Both the position numbers and the translations under genes were made by a program. DNA of 29,703 bases, taken from the IMG/VR virus record IMGVR_UViG_3300012953_000144, positions 1-29,703 of that record. One strand, written 5' to 3'. Of the stretch, positions 1-7,551 are shown in pieces. The DNA is from a virus. Taxonomy: Duplodnaviria; Caudoviricetes. Numbering within the stretch: the first letter of the stretch is position 1; every line of letters begins with the position of its first letter. The notes below the pieces were generated by a model. That model made no database searches, was not told the DNA's origin, and saw only the letters and a list, made by a program, of their open reading frames with translations.

Positions 1-603
1 CAAAGGAGGTCAAACAGCGCGTTCGCTACGTTTAGCACCGCAGTTACACAAGCACCTGACATTTATCTCATTAGAGCCTTGAAGCACGCTTGCGCTCAAA
101 ATAAAGGCTTCTTTGAAGTTATAGAAAGGATAGGCCTTGACGCGATTACAAAGGAACGCCAGATAATCAGAAGCACTAGGGAGCAGTTTGAAGAAGACTA
201 CAAACTCAAGCCATTAATGTTCGCAGGTTTAATCATGCAAGGTTCTGTGGTAGGATATGAGAGCAATGTAAAGTCAGGTGGCATAGGAGCAAGATATTTA
301 GGGATAGGTTCATCTCAAGAATATAGACAAGACACTGTCGTAGTATCTTTGCGTACCGTATCAGTAAGTACTGGTCGCATTCTATTGGAGGTCTTGGTTA
401 CGAAAACGATTCTGTCGGTTTCAAATAGCCAAGATGTATTTAGGTTCGTTGCAAACGGAACTGAACTGATAGAAATAGAGAAAGGCAAAGTTGAAAACGA
501 AAGCGTCAACATCGCCTTACAAGCAGCCATAGAGACTGCAGTACTCCAAACTATCAACGAAGGTCGTTTGGCGAATTTTTGGAGTATAAAAGATGAAGAC
601 TAA
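1..603 (+). CDS. csgG: Curli secretion channel CsgG-like protein (5'-truncated by window edge)
   Basis: Frame is open from base 1 (QRRSNSAFATFSTAVTQAPD...). CsgG motifs: FSTAVTQ, FEVIERIGL..I.KERQIIRS.R, GGIGARYLGIG.S.EYRQD.V.VSLR.VSV.TG.IL..V...KTILS, NESV.IALQAAIE.AV. Confidence 0.92.
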   Translation, partial: QRRSNSAFATFSTAVTQAPDIYLIRALKHACAQNKGFFEVIERIGLDAITKERQIIRSTREQFEEDYKLKPLMFAGLIMQGSVVGYESNVKSGGIGARYLGIGSSQEYRQDTVVVSLRTVSVSTGRILLEVLVTKTILSVSNSQDVFRFVANGTELIEIEKGKVENESVNIALQAAIETAVLQTINEGRLANFWSIKDED

Positions 604-1315
604 GTTAATACGATTATCATTGTTAGTTGTATGTTGTTATCCGTTTTCAGTCTATTCCGCAGATAACGAAATCTATATTCAACAATCTGGCGCAACGGCC
701 AATATAGATGTTGAACAATTAGGCTCAGGAAACCTCATCGGTGGTACAGATGCAATAGCAGGAACTATGACAGCACTTGACCTTGACGGCGCAAATATGA
801 CGCTTGATATAAATCTTATAGGAGACACTAATAAATTCCTAGGTGATATATGGGCTGATTCCTACACAGGTTTCTTTGAATTTGACGGTGATAGTAATAC
901 CTTCAATATCCAAACTGACCCCACAAACACTTTCGGAGCAGATAATTCAAACGTCAACGTGGATGTGACAGGTGGCTCAAACGCTATGACCTTGAATCAA
1001 GCAACATCTGCCCTTGCAAGTGGGTTAGATTTAGATTGGATAATACAAGGTTCTGACAACTCAATCACGGCAAGTATAGATTATGATGGGGCGACTAACT
1101 ATATGGATATAGATGGTTCGGACAACACCGTAACCTTTGATGGCGACGGATATGCAGGTGGTTATTTCAAACTGGAACAAGATGGCAGCAACAGAACATT
1201 CAATATCCAACAACAGTCAACGCTTGATAACGATTGGTTACGTATCATTTCTACTGGCAGCAACGGCACTATCTGCGTCATTCAGAACGACGGCGGAACC
1301 TCTACAAGCTGTTGA
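593..1315 (+). CDS. Secreted curlin-like (CsgA/CsgB-type) repeat protein
   Basis: Sec signal peptide (...FSVYSA/DN) followed by degenerate strand-G-x-x-N repeats (EQLGSGN, NLIGDTN, FDGDSN, VTGGSN, IQGSDN, IDGSDN, EQDGSN). Overlaps the csgG stop. Confidence 0.75.
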   Translation: MKTKLIRLSLLVVCCYPFSVYSADNEIYIQQSGATANIDVEQLGSGNLIGGTDAIAGTMTALDLDGANMTLDINLIGDTNKFLGDIWADSYTGFFEFDGDSNTFNIQTDPTNTFGADNSNVNVDVTGGSNAMTLNQATSALASGLDLDWIIQGSDNSITASIDYDGATNYMDIDGSDNTVTFDGDGYAGGYFKLEQDGSNRTFNIQQQSTLDNDWLRIISTGSNGTICVIQNDGGTSTSC

Positions 1316-2345
1316 CGTTGGTGAGATAAGCGAACTATCAGGCTACGCTAAAGTCATCAGAGATAAGGATTACGAAGGTAGTCTTAACTTTGATATACAG
1401 CAACTTGATGATGTGCGTACAAGCGCAGGCCGAGTTGCGATAACTTTTCTTGACGAATCAAAAGTTCGTTTGACTGAGCATTCCAAATTAGTCATAGATG
1501 AGTATATCTATGATCCTAACCCATCAAAGTCAAAGATGGCTCTCAAGTTCGCTAGTGGTACGGCTAGGTTCATAACAAGTTCTTTGAACCGAATAGACAA
1601 GCAAAACATTTCTTTAAAGACTCCAACTGCAGACATAGCTATAAGAGGGACAGATTTTACATGTACTGTTGATGAACTAGGGCGAAGCCTAATAATACTT
1701 TTACCAGATGCGAACGGAGATGCCTCAGGAGAAATAGTAGTTTCAACAATGATGGGAAGCGTTACGTTAAATAAGCCGTATGAAGCCACAACTGCGCAGC
1801 TTTCATTACAAGAACCCACGAAGCCTGTGATACTTGATTTGTCGCTTGAGTTTATTGACAACATGCTAATAGTAAATCCGCCTAGGGAAGATGAAAGATT
1901 TGTTGAGGAATCTATTGACTCTAGCAGAGGCGATTATCTAGATTTTAACGACCTTGATATAGACTTCCTTAACGAAGAGTTTCTTGATGATAGAGATTTG
2001 GAATTTACGGAACTTGATATCAACTATCTTGATGTGAACTTTTTGGAAGATTTATTAGATATTCTTGATGACCTAGCCATATCAGAAGAAGAGGATCAAT
2101 TAGCGCAAGTTGCAACGTCAATCGGTATAACAGGAACGGAAATAGGCCAAGATACAGACACTCAAATAACTACTATCATTACAGGACAAACAGTATCTTT
2201 GAGGCGTTCTGTTGGAGGCATAATAAGACTAGACGTTGACGGAAGTAATGCTTATACAATAATATTTATACAAAATGGAATATCGCGAGTAGTTAAAGTT
2301 AATGGAGGTAGCGATTCAACGATAACTATAACGCAATCAAACTAA
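1224..2345 (+). CDS. Secreted FecR-domain protein with acidic repeat linker
   Basis: FecR signature D.VRT..GR..I.F.D.S.V.L.EHS.L.IDEY.Y and L.TPTA.IAIRGTDF, preceded by a hydrophobic signal-like segment. Start uncertain: ATG 1137/1182 or TTG 1224. Confidence 0.8.
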   Translation: MITIGYVSFLLAATALSASFRTTAEPLQAVDVGEISELSGYAKVIRDKDYEGSLNFDIQQLDDVRTSAGRVAITFLDESKVRLTEHSKLVIDEYIYDPNPSKSKMALKFASGTARFITSSLNRIDKQNISLKTPTADIAIRGTDFTCTVDELGRSLIILLPDANGDASGEIVVSTMMGSVTLNKPYEATTAQLSLQEPTKPVILDLSLEFIDNMLIVNPPREDERFVEESIDSSRGDYLDFNDLDIDFLNEEFLDDRDLEFTELDINYLDVNFLEDLLDILDDLAISEEEDQLAQVATSIGITGTEIGQDTDTQITTIITGQTVSLRRSVGGIIRLDVDGSNAYTIIFIQNGISRVVKVNGGSDSTITITQSN

Positions 2346-2346
2346 T

Positions 2347-2679
2347 ATGAAGACGAGCAGTTGCAAAGCAAAAGGAAGAAGACTACAACAATGGTTCGTG
2401 TCAGTCTTGAATGAGCAGTTAGGATTGCCTGATATTGAATCAAGGCCTATGGGTAGCCAAGGCGAAGACATAATGATGGGCAACGAATCCCGTCGTGCGT
2501 TCCCGTACTCTATTGAGTGTAAAAACCAAGAAGCAGTCAATATATGGAAGGCTTATGACCAAGCGGAATACAACTCAGGCGATCACGAGCCTATAGTTGT
2601 TTTGAAGCGTAACCGCAGCAAACCTCTCGTCCTAGTAGACGCAGAGCATTTCGTGGCTTTGCACAAGAATGAAATATAA
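2347..2679 (+). CDS. PD-(D/E)xK Holliday junction resolvase-like nuclease
   Basis: S.KAKGRRLQ, GEDI, IECKN, W..Y.QA, P.VV.KRNR..PLV pattern of phage Hjc-like resolvases. Confidence 0.75.
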   Translation: MKTSSCKAKGRRLQQWFVSVLNEQLGLPDIESRPMGSQGEDIMMGNESRRAFPYSIECKNQEAVNIWKAYDQAEYNSGDHEPIVVLKRNRSKPLVLVDAEHFVALHKNEI

Positions 2680-4444
2680 GATTGGGTTATGTTTGTTGGT
2701 AGTATTATCACTGCCACTTATATTCCAATCAACGCCTACTGAAATACTCAAACTCAAGATATTTGATTCTTTAGTCATTACGCCAGAAGAATCAGGTTAT
2801 TTTGCAACGCTAAATATAACTGAAGACGATATCACCGCTGAAGGCGGTTACCCTCTAAGTCGCAGTCGCTTAGCCGAGATACACATACAACTCTTACAGC
2901 GAGGTGCTATAGGCGTTGGATGGGCACTTAGCTTCCCCCAAGAAGATAGATTCAAAGGCGATGATGACTTCGCTTATGCGTTATCGTTAGCTCCTTCCCT
3001 TCTTTCAAGTTTTGAAAACGACAAAGGAGATACACCTAAGACAGTTGGAACCGTAATTCTAGGTGATGAAGTGGGTGGTATTGAGATAGGCGGAGTGATC
3101 AGCAACTACTCAAAACTCAGTGATAACGCCATGGAAGGAGTATCTTCGGCGCGTATTGATGTTGATGGCTTAGTACGCAGGATGCCTCTCCTTTACAAAA
3201 CACAAGATGGTTGGACTCCCGCTTTTGGAACCCAGATATTGAAGTTGCTAACAGGTAGCGATACCTATGTGATTAAGACGAACCCTAATGGTATAGAAGA
3301 GGTGAGGGTGAAAGGCCTACCGCCTGTGAAGACTGATTCATATGGCCGAAAGTGGATTTCATGGATAGTTCCACGTGAAACAACCTTAGCGGAAATGAAT
3401 GTTGAAGGACGCTTCGTTATCGTTGGAGTTACTGCAAAAGGAGTTATGCCACAATTAGCTATACCTAATGGTCAACTTTTGGAACCGCATAAGATACAAG
3501 GCGCACTAGCTGAATCAATATTGCTTGAAAATAGCCCTTATATACCTGATTACGCTTTAGCTGTTGAGGTATTGACGTTATTAGCCTCTGTAATCGCCAT
3601 ATGGCTCTTTGTGAACGGATTAGGCATAACATGGGGCATTTCCCTAGCTTTTGTAGTTTTGGTCTCTACAGGCCTCTCAGGAGCTCTCCTGATACGCTCA
3701 GGATTATTGATTGATGTCAGTTGGGCTTTAATTTGTCAATTTATTACGGCAGCGGTCGCATTTTACCTTAACTTTAGAGACCAATATAAACTGCGCTTAC
3801 AAATCAAAAAGCAGTTTGAGCATTATCTTGATCCAAGGCAGGTCAAAAGATTGCAGTCAAATCCAGAAATACTGAGGTTAGGCGGAGAAAAGAAAGAAGC
3901 GACCTTCTTGTTCACTGATGTTAGAGGCTTCACTTCGTTGTCTGAAGCGTTACCGCCTGAACAAGTAGTATATATAATGAATCGCGCTCTTACAGCACAA
4001 GCTGATGCGGTGATGAAATATGAAGGAACGATAGATAAGTATATCGGTGATGCGATGATGGCGATATTCAATGCGCCATTTGATCAGGAAGACCATGAAA
4101 CAAGAGCGGTGCTTTGTGCGTGGCAGATAAATGAAAACATGAAAGAACTGAACGAGGAGTTGTCTGAGAAAAACTTGCCTCTGGTTGCAATCGGTATAGG
4201 TATAAATACAGGGGAAGCGGTGATAGGTAATATGGGATCAGAAAAAAGGTTTGATTACACAGCTATCGGCGACGCTGTAAATACCGCAGCAAGACTTGAA
4301 AGTGCGACTAAAGAACATGGTGCTAGTTTGTTGGTTGGAGAGCGAACTGCCATAAAAAGCAATTATGAGTTACACTATCATAAGGAAATAGAAGTGAAAG
4401 GTAAAAGTATAGGACTCAAGACATACACATGGGACTTAAATTGA
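2669..4444 (+). CDS. Membrane-bound CHASE2-domain class III adenylate cyclase
   Basis: N-terminal TM segment, CHASE2-like region (YPLSR, DVDGLVRRMPL), three TM helices, then cyclase motifs FTDVRGFT, DKYIGDAMMAIFNAP, GIGINTG, GNMGS..RFDYTAIGDAVNTAARLES, VKGK. Confidence 0.93.
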   Translation: MKYKIGLCLLVVLSLPLIFQSTPTEILKLKIFDSLVITPEESGYFATLNITEDDITAEGGYPLSRSRLAEIHIQLLQRGAIGVGWALSFPQEDRFKGDDDFAYALSLAPSLLSSFENDKGDTPKTVGTVILGDEVGGIEIGGVISNYSKLSDNAMEGVSSARIDVDGLVRRMPLLYKTQDGWTPAFGTQILKLLTGSDTYVIKTNPNGIEEVRVKGLPPVKTDSYGRKWISWIVPRETTLAEMNVEGRFVIVGVTAKGVMPQLAIPNGQLLEPHKIQGALAESILLENSPYIPDYALAVEVLTLLASVIAIWLFVNGLGITWGISLAFVVLVSTGLSGALLIRSGLLIDVSWALICQFITAAVAFYLNFRDQYKLRLQIKKQFEHYLDPRQVKRLQSNPEILRLGGEKKEATFLFTDVRGFTSLSEALPPEQVVYIMNRALTAQADAVMKYEGTIDKYIGDAMMAIFNAPFDQEDHETRAVLCAWQINENMKELNEELSEKNLPLVAIGIGINTGEAVIGNMGSEKRFDYTAIGDAVNTAARLESATKEHGASLLVGERTAIKSNYELHYHKEIEVKGKSIGLKTYTWDLN

Positions 4445-4836
4445 ACTTAATTTTAGGCGGTATGCTAGTTACTGTTACGGCAGTGTGTTGGTTCTACATA
4501 CAATACCAAGCGAAAGAAATAGCGCAGTTGAAAGCTAACGCAGTCGTTCTGGAAACGGAAATACAGAAACAAAACGAGTCTATAAAGAACCATCTAGCTG
4601 AACAAGAGCGTATCAATGGTCAGTTAAATATACTAGAAGAACAAAACCAAGAAGCGCAAAGACAGGTAACGCAACTACGCGACAAGTTTGCAAGACACGA
4701 TTTAAACAATTTAGCCCTGATGAAACCAGGATTGATAGAAAAAAGAGTTAACGCAGGTACTAAAAAGGTTATGCAAGACCTGATAGAACTCACGAACCCG
4801 AGACAATTTGAAGATGAAGCTATTACTAGCAACTAG
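4429..4836 (+). CDS. Putative inner-membrane spanin (Rz-like)
   Basis: Single N-terminal TM helix plus long coiled coil, overlapping a downstream lipoprotein gene, next to holin and endolysin. Confidence 0.7.
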   Translation: MGLKLNLILGGMLVTVTAVCWFYIQYQAKEIAQLKANAVVLETEIQKQNESIKNHLAEQERINGQLNILEEQNQEAQRQVTQLRDKFARHDLNNLALMKPGLIEKRVNAGTKKVMQDLIELTNPRQFEDEAITSN

Positions 4837-5194
4837 TTTTTTAATACTCCTCGGTGGGTGTTCTTTGTTGCCTACTTCAACAAAACCAGTAGAAGTCGTC
4901 ACCATTCAAGAAAAGGCACCGATGTATCACCCACCACTTCCTTTGGAGATGCAACTCACTGATGTTGTATTTGAAATACTAACGCCTGAACTCATGGCGG
5001 AATACTTAAAACTAGTTGAAGAAGGAAAGGCTCCTCCTAAACCTTACTACGCGCTGACTACTCAACAGTATCAAAATCTTTCTGTGAATATGGCGGAAAT
5101 AAAAAGATATACGAACAATATCTTGAGCATAATTGCTTATTATCGCGAATATGACAAAACGGAAGAAAAAGACGAAGATACTGAAAAAAAGTAA
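4808..5194 (+). CDS. Putative outer-membrane spanin lipoprotein (Rz1-like)
   Basis: Lipobox LLGG/C and Pro-rich segment (YHPPLP). Likely start is ATG 4814. Confidence 0.7.
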   Translation: MKMKLLLATSFLILLGGCSLLPTSTKPVEVVTIQEKAPMYHPPLPLEMQLTDVVFEILTPELMAEYLKLVEEGKAPPKPYYALTTQQYQNLSVNMAEIKRYTNNILSIIAYYREYDKTEEKDEDTEKK

Positions 5195-5200
5195 ATTATC

Positions 5201-5209
5201 TGTTAGACT
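5201..5209 (+). promoter_or_regulatory. Putative extended -10 element upstream of holin
   Basis: TGTTAGACT (TGnTAnnnT) in the short intergenic gap, followed by an AGGAG RBS. Confidence 0.35.
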
Positions 5210-5232
5210 CGGGACCAACATAGGAGAATATT

Positions 5233-5421
5233 ATGTTTGATATGATAGTGCAAATCGTTTCAGTAATAACCTCTATTGTTTGTGTTGCAAGTTTTATAGC
5301 AGCGATGACGCCTACTCCAAAAGATGATGATCTGTTGGGTAAGCTATATAAGGGAATAGAAATTCTCGCATTGAATATAGGAAAAGCGAAGATGTTACCG
5401 CCAAACAACAAAGATGGCTGA
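5233..5421 (+). CDS. Putative holin
   Basis: 62 aa with a hydrophobic helix, TPTPKDD turn and basic C-terminus. AGGAG RBS, lysis-cassette context. Confidence 0.6.
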   Translation: MFDMIVQIVSVITSIVCVASFIAAMTPTPKDDDLLGKLYKGIEILALNIGKAKMLPPNNKDG

Positions 5422-5785
5422 TCCGTATTACTACAACTGCAATTTAGATAGAGTTGTGGACGGAGATACGATAGACGTTGATATTGATTTAGGCTTCAAC
5501 GTGGTTCTTTCCAAAAGACGAGTAAGGCTTTTGGGGATAGACACTCCTGAATCTAGAACGCGGGACTTGGCAGAAAAGGCGTTAGGATTAAAAGCTAAAG
5601 AGAGGCTAATAGAATTATGTGGCGAAAAGCTACAACTAATGTCACAAGGAACGGACAAGTATGGGCGCGTATTAGGAATACCGCATACGATTGATGGCAA
5701 AGATATCTGTCAAATACTTATTGATGAAGGCCATGCAGTTCCTTATTTCGGTGGCAAGAAAACAAAAGTATGGGGGGATTATTAA
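5414..5785 (+). CDS. Thermonuclease (SNase-like) without signal peptide
   Basis: RVVDGDT, RVRLLGIDTPE, DKYGRVL, LIDEGHA motifs. Confidence 0.9.
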   Translation: MADPYYYNCNLDRVVDGDTIDVDIDLGFNVVLSKRRVRLLGIDTPESRTRDLAEKALGLKAKERLIELCGEKLQLMSQGTDKYGRVLGIPHTIDGKDICQILIDEGHAVPYFGGKKTKVWGDY

Positions 5786-5786
5786 A

Positions 5787-6230
5787 ATGGTTACGTCAGA
5801 AGAAGGAAAATCTTTATTAAAAAAATTTGAGGGATGTGAGCTAGAGGCCTACCAGTGCTCAGCTAACGTCTGGACGATTGGCTATGGCCATACCGCAGAT
5901 GTAAAAGAAGGCGATCAAATTAATCAGGACGAAGCGGAGCAGCTTCTGAAAGAAGATTTAGTAGAGTTTGAAGGATACGTGAATGACTGGGTGATGGTTC
6001 CTCTCAAACAGAATCAATTTGATGCTCTTGTGTGTTGGACATACAATCTTGGAGTCGGCAATCTCAAAAGTTCAACCATGTTGAAAGAACTCAACAATGG
6101 TAACTACGATAGAGTGCCTAGTGAAATGGCACGTTGGAACAAAGCTAATGGTGAAGTTCTTGAAGGTCTAGAAAGACGAAGAAAAGCGGAGGGACTACTC
6201 TTCAAAGGAGAGGAGTGGTATGAGATTTAA
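5787..6230 (+). CDS. Endolysin, GH24 phage lysozyme
   Basis: FEGC.L.AYQC...VWTIGYGHT, QNQFDALV.W.YNLG, GL.RRR.AE. True start is probably ATG 5787 rather than 5691. Confidence 0.93.
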   Translation: MVTSEEGKSLLKKFEGCELEAYQCSANVWTIGYGHTADVKEGDQINQDEAEQLLKEDLVEFEGYVNDWVMVPLKQNQFDALVCWTYNLGVGNLKSSTMLKELNNGNYDRVPSEMARWNKANGEVLEGLERRRKAEGLLFKGEEWYEI

Positions 6231-6460
6231 TGGCATTGAGCAAGACTCAGAATAAGCGATTAGGAGCGATCTTGTCCGTGATGTTCAAGGAAGAAGTTCC
6301 GCGCTGTGCTTTGGAAGAAGTTATTACCGAGGGTTTTGTAAAAGAAGAAAAAGAATCCTTCGCCTTGACTGAAAAAGGCTTAGATGAAAAAAACAGGCTA
6401 TGTACGTTAGCGGGATTGAATATCAAGTATCAATCAGAGATTACCTCTTCCCAATCCTAA
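6230..6460 (+). CDS. Hypothetical protein (possible winged-helix fold)
   Basis: TAATG-coupled to the lysozyme. GFV...LTEKG resembles a wHTH wing. Confidence 0.5.
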   Translation: MALSKTQNKRLGAILSVMFKEEVPRCALEEVITEGFVKEEKESFALTEKGLDEKNRLCTLAGLNIKYQSEITSSQS

Positions 6461-6650
6461 ACGGATTGAACTTAGCAATCTGCTTCCTTGCCATAACAAA
6501 CTTTGGAGCAAGGCGACGGAACATATCTTCCGCAGCCTCTTTTTCCAATCTAGCTTCATTCCACATTTCACGTTCAAGACTGTTCATATTCCACCAACGA
6601 CTAAAGTTATTTTCATAACTGTCATCTAGATCATATTCAAACATTTCCAT
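6441..6650 (-). CDS. Hypothetical early protein
   Basis: Last ORF of an overlapping - strand chain. Confidence 0.55.
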   Translation of the reverse strand: MEMFEYDLDDSYENNFSRWWNMNSLEREMWNEARLEKEAAEDMFRRLAPKFVMARKQIAKFNPFRIGKR

Positions 6651-6735
6651 CTTCTTCTTGCTGTTGCTCTTCCTCTTGTTGTTTCTGAATCCAAGTGTCG
6701 TCTTGGTCTTGTAGTGTCCACCACTCCTCGTTCAT
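6637..6735 (-). CDS. Small acidic Q/E-rich peptide (32 aa), not in ORF track
   Basis: MNEEWWTLQDQDDTWIQKQQEEEQQQEEDGNV*. ATGA overlap with the upstream gene, and it fills the gap exactly. Confidence 0.5.
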   Translation of the reverse strand: MNEEWWTLQDQDDTWIQKQQEEEQQQEEDGNV

Positions 6736-6983
6736 TTTGACACTTGCCTTACAACCATTGTAGGCATAGATTCCATTTCTGCAATCTGTTCCTTCAAGCC
6801 TTGGTTCTCTTCAAGAGTCAACTTGAAAGCATTTACCATATGAACCAAGTCCATAAATAAAATGTTTATGAACTGATCCTTAGACTGTGAATAATAAAAA
6901 GGCATAGTGTCATCATTCATGTTTGATGGCCTACGTCTGTTTTCAACTAAGGCCTGTAAATCCAAAAGTTTATCTACTTCCAT
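6732..6983 (-). CDS. Hypothetical early protein
   Basis: GAGGAG RBS, overlapping chain. Confidence 0.6.
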   Translation of the reverse strand: MEVDKLLDLQALVENRRRPSNMNDDTMPFYYSQSKDQFINILFMDLVHMVNAFKLTLEENQGLKEQIAEMESMPTMVVRQVSK

Positions 6984-7233
6984 TTTTGAACTCCTCTATG
7001 AACTCTCCATAGGTTTCATGGTTGCTCTGCAAGATAGCTTGATACTCGTCAAAGTATGGATGGTTATCATCACAGGGCAAACCCATATTATTAATTTCAG
7101 CTATACGGACGTCTTTCCAAGACATCTCATGTAACTCCTCTAATTGATCGCAAAGATTATTAACATCTTGCGCATAATCCTTTAGCTTTTCAGCAAACTG
7201 CTCAATCTGTTTCAACAACTCGTAAGTAGCCAT
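6970..7233 (-). CDS. Hypothetical acidic early protein
   Basis: GGAGG RBS, overlapping chain. Confidence 0.6.
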   Translation of the reverse strand: MATYELLKQIEQFAEKLKDYAQDVNNLCDQLEELHEMSWKDVRIAEINNMGLPCDDNHPYFDEYQAILQSNHETYGEFIEEFKNGSR

Positions 7234-7393
7234 TACGCTTCCTCCAATTTCCGTTAGGGTATTTCATGGCCTCTTCAAAGATTTCTTTATCTTCTTCAAG
7301 GGTTATTTTGTTAAGGGCATCACCTATGGTCATGTCCAGAGTTATGTTGTATTTCCTAAGCATTCTAGGAACTACGGCGTTCCAAAGTTTCAT
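7202..7393 (-). CDS. Hypothetical early protein
   Basis: GAGAGG RBS, overlapping chain. Confidence 0.55.
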   Translation of the reverse strand: MKLWNAVVPRMLRKYNITLDMTIGDALNKITLEEDKEIFEEAMKYPNGNWRKRNGYLRVVETD

Positions 7394-7551
7394 AATCCTC
7401 TCCCAATTTTGTCGTAAGTCTTTTCAAGTCGCGATGGCGCGTATCTTTTGACTTTATTAGTTTCCTCATCTAAGAACAAAACCTTTCCGCTCTTGCGGTC
7501 AGTACCCATATACTGACCGAAGAACGTGGTTCCTTTTACCCGAAGCCTCAC
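7390..7551 (-). CDS. Small hypothetical protein (53 aa), not in ORF track
   Basis: GTG start overlapping the ardC stop (GTGA), GGAGG RBS. MRLRVKGTTFFGQYMGTDRKSGKVLFLDEETNKVKRYAPSRLEKTYDKIGRGL* ends in an ATGA overlap with the next gene. Confidence 0.6.
   Translation of the reverse strand: MRLRVKGTTFFGQYMGTDRKSGKVLFLDEETNKVKRYAPSRLEKTYDKIGRGL

Noticed and set aside
1-4444. Curli/cyclase genes as host chromosome flanking a prophage
   Set aside because: A phage-type resolvase sits inside the block, the cyclase overlaps the spanin gene, and no integrase or att site is visible.
2669-4444. Pycsar/CBASS-like defence cyclase
   Set aside because: It has a CHASE2+TM sensor architecture and ATP-specifying K/D residues, and there is no adjacent cNMP-binding effector.
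5691-5786. N-terminal SAR/signal extension on the lysozyme
   Set aside because: It overlaps the SNase gene and is not convincingly hydrophobic. ATG 5787 right after the SNase stop gives a normal-length lysozyme.
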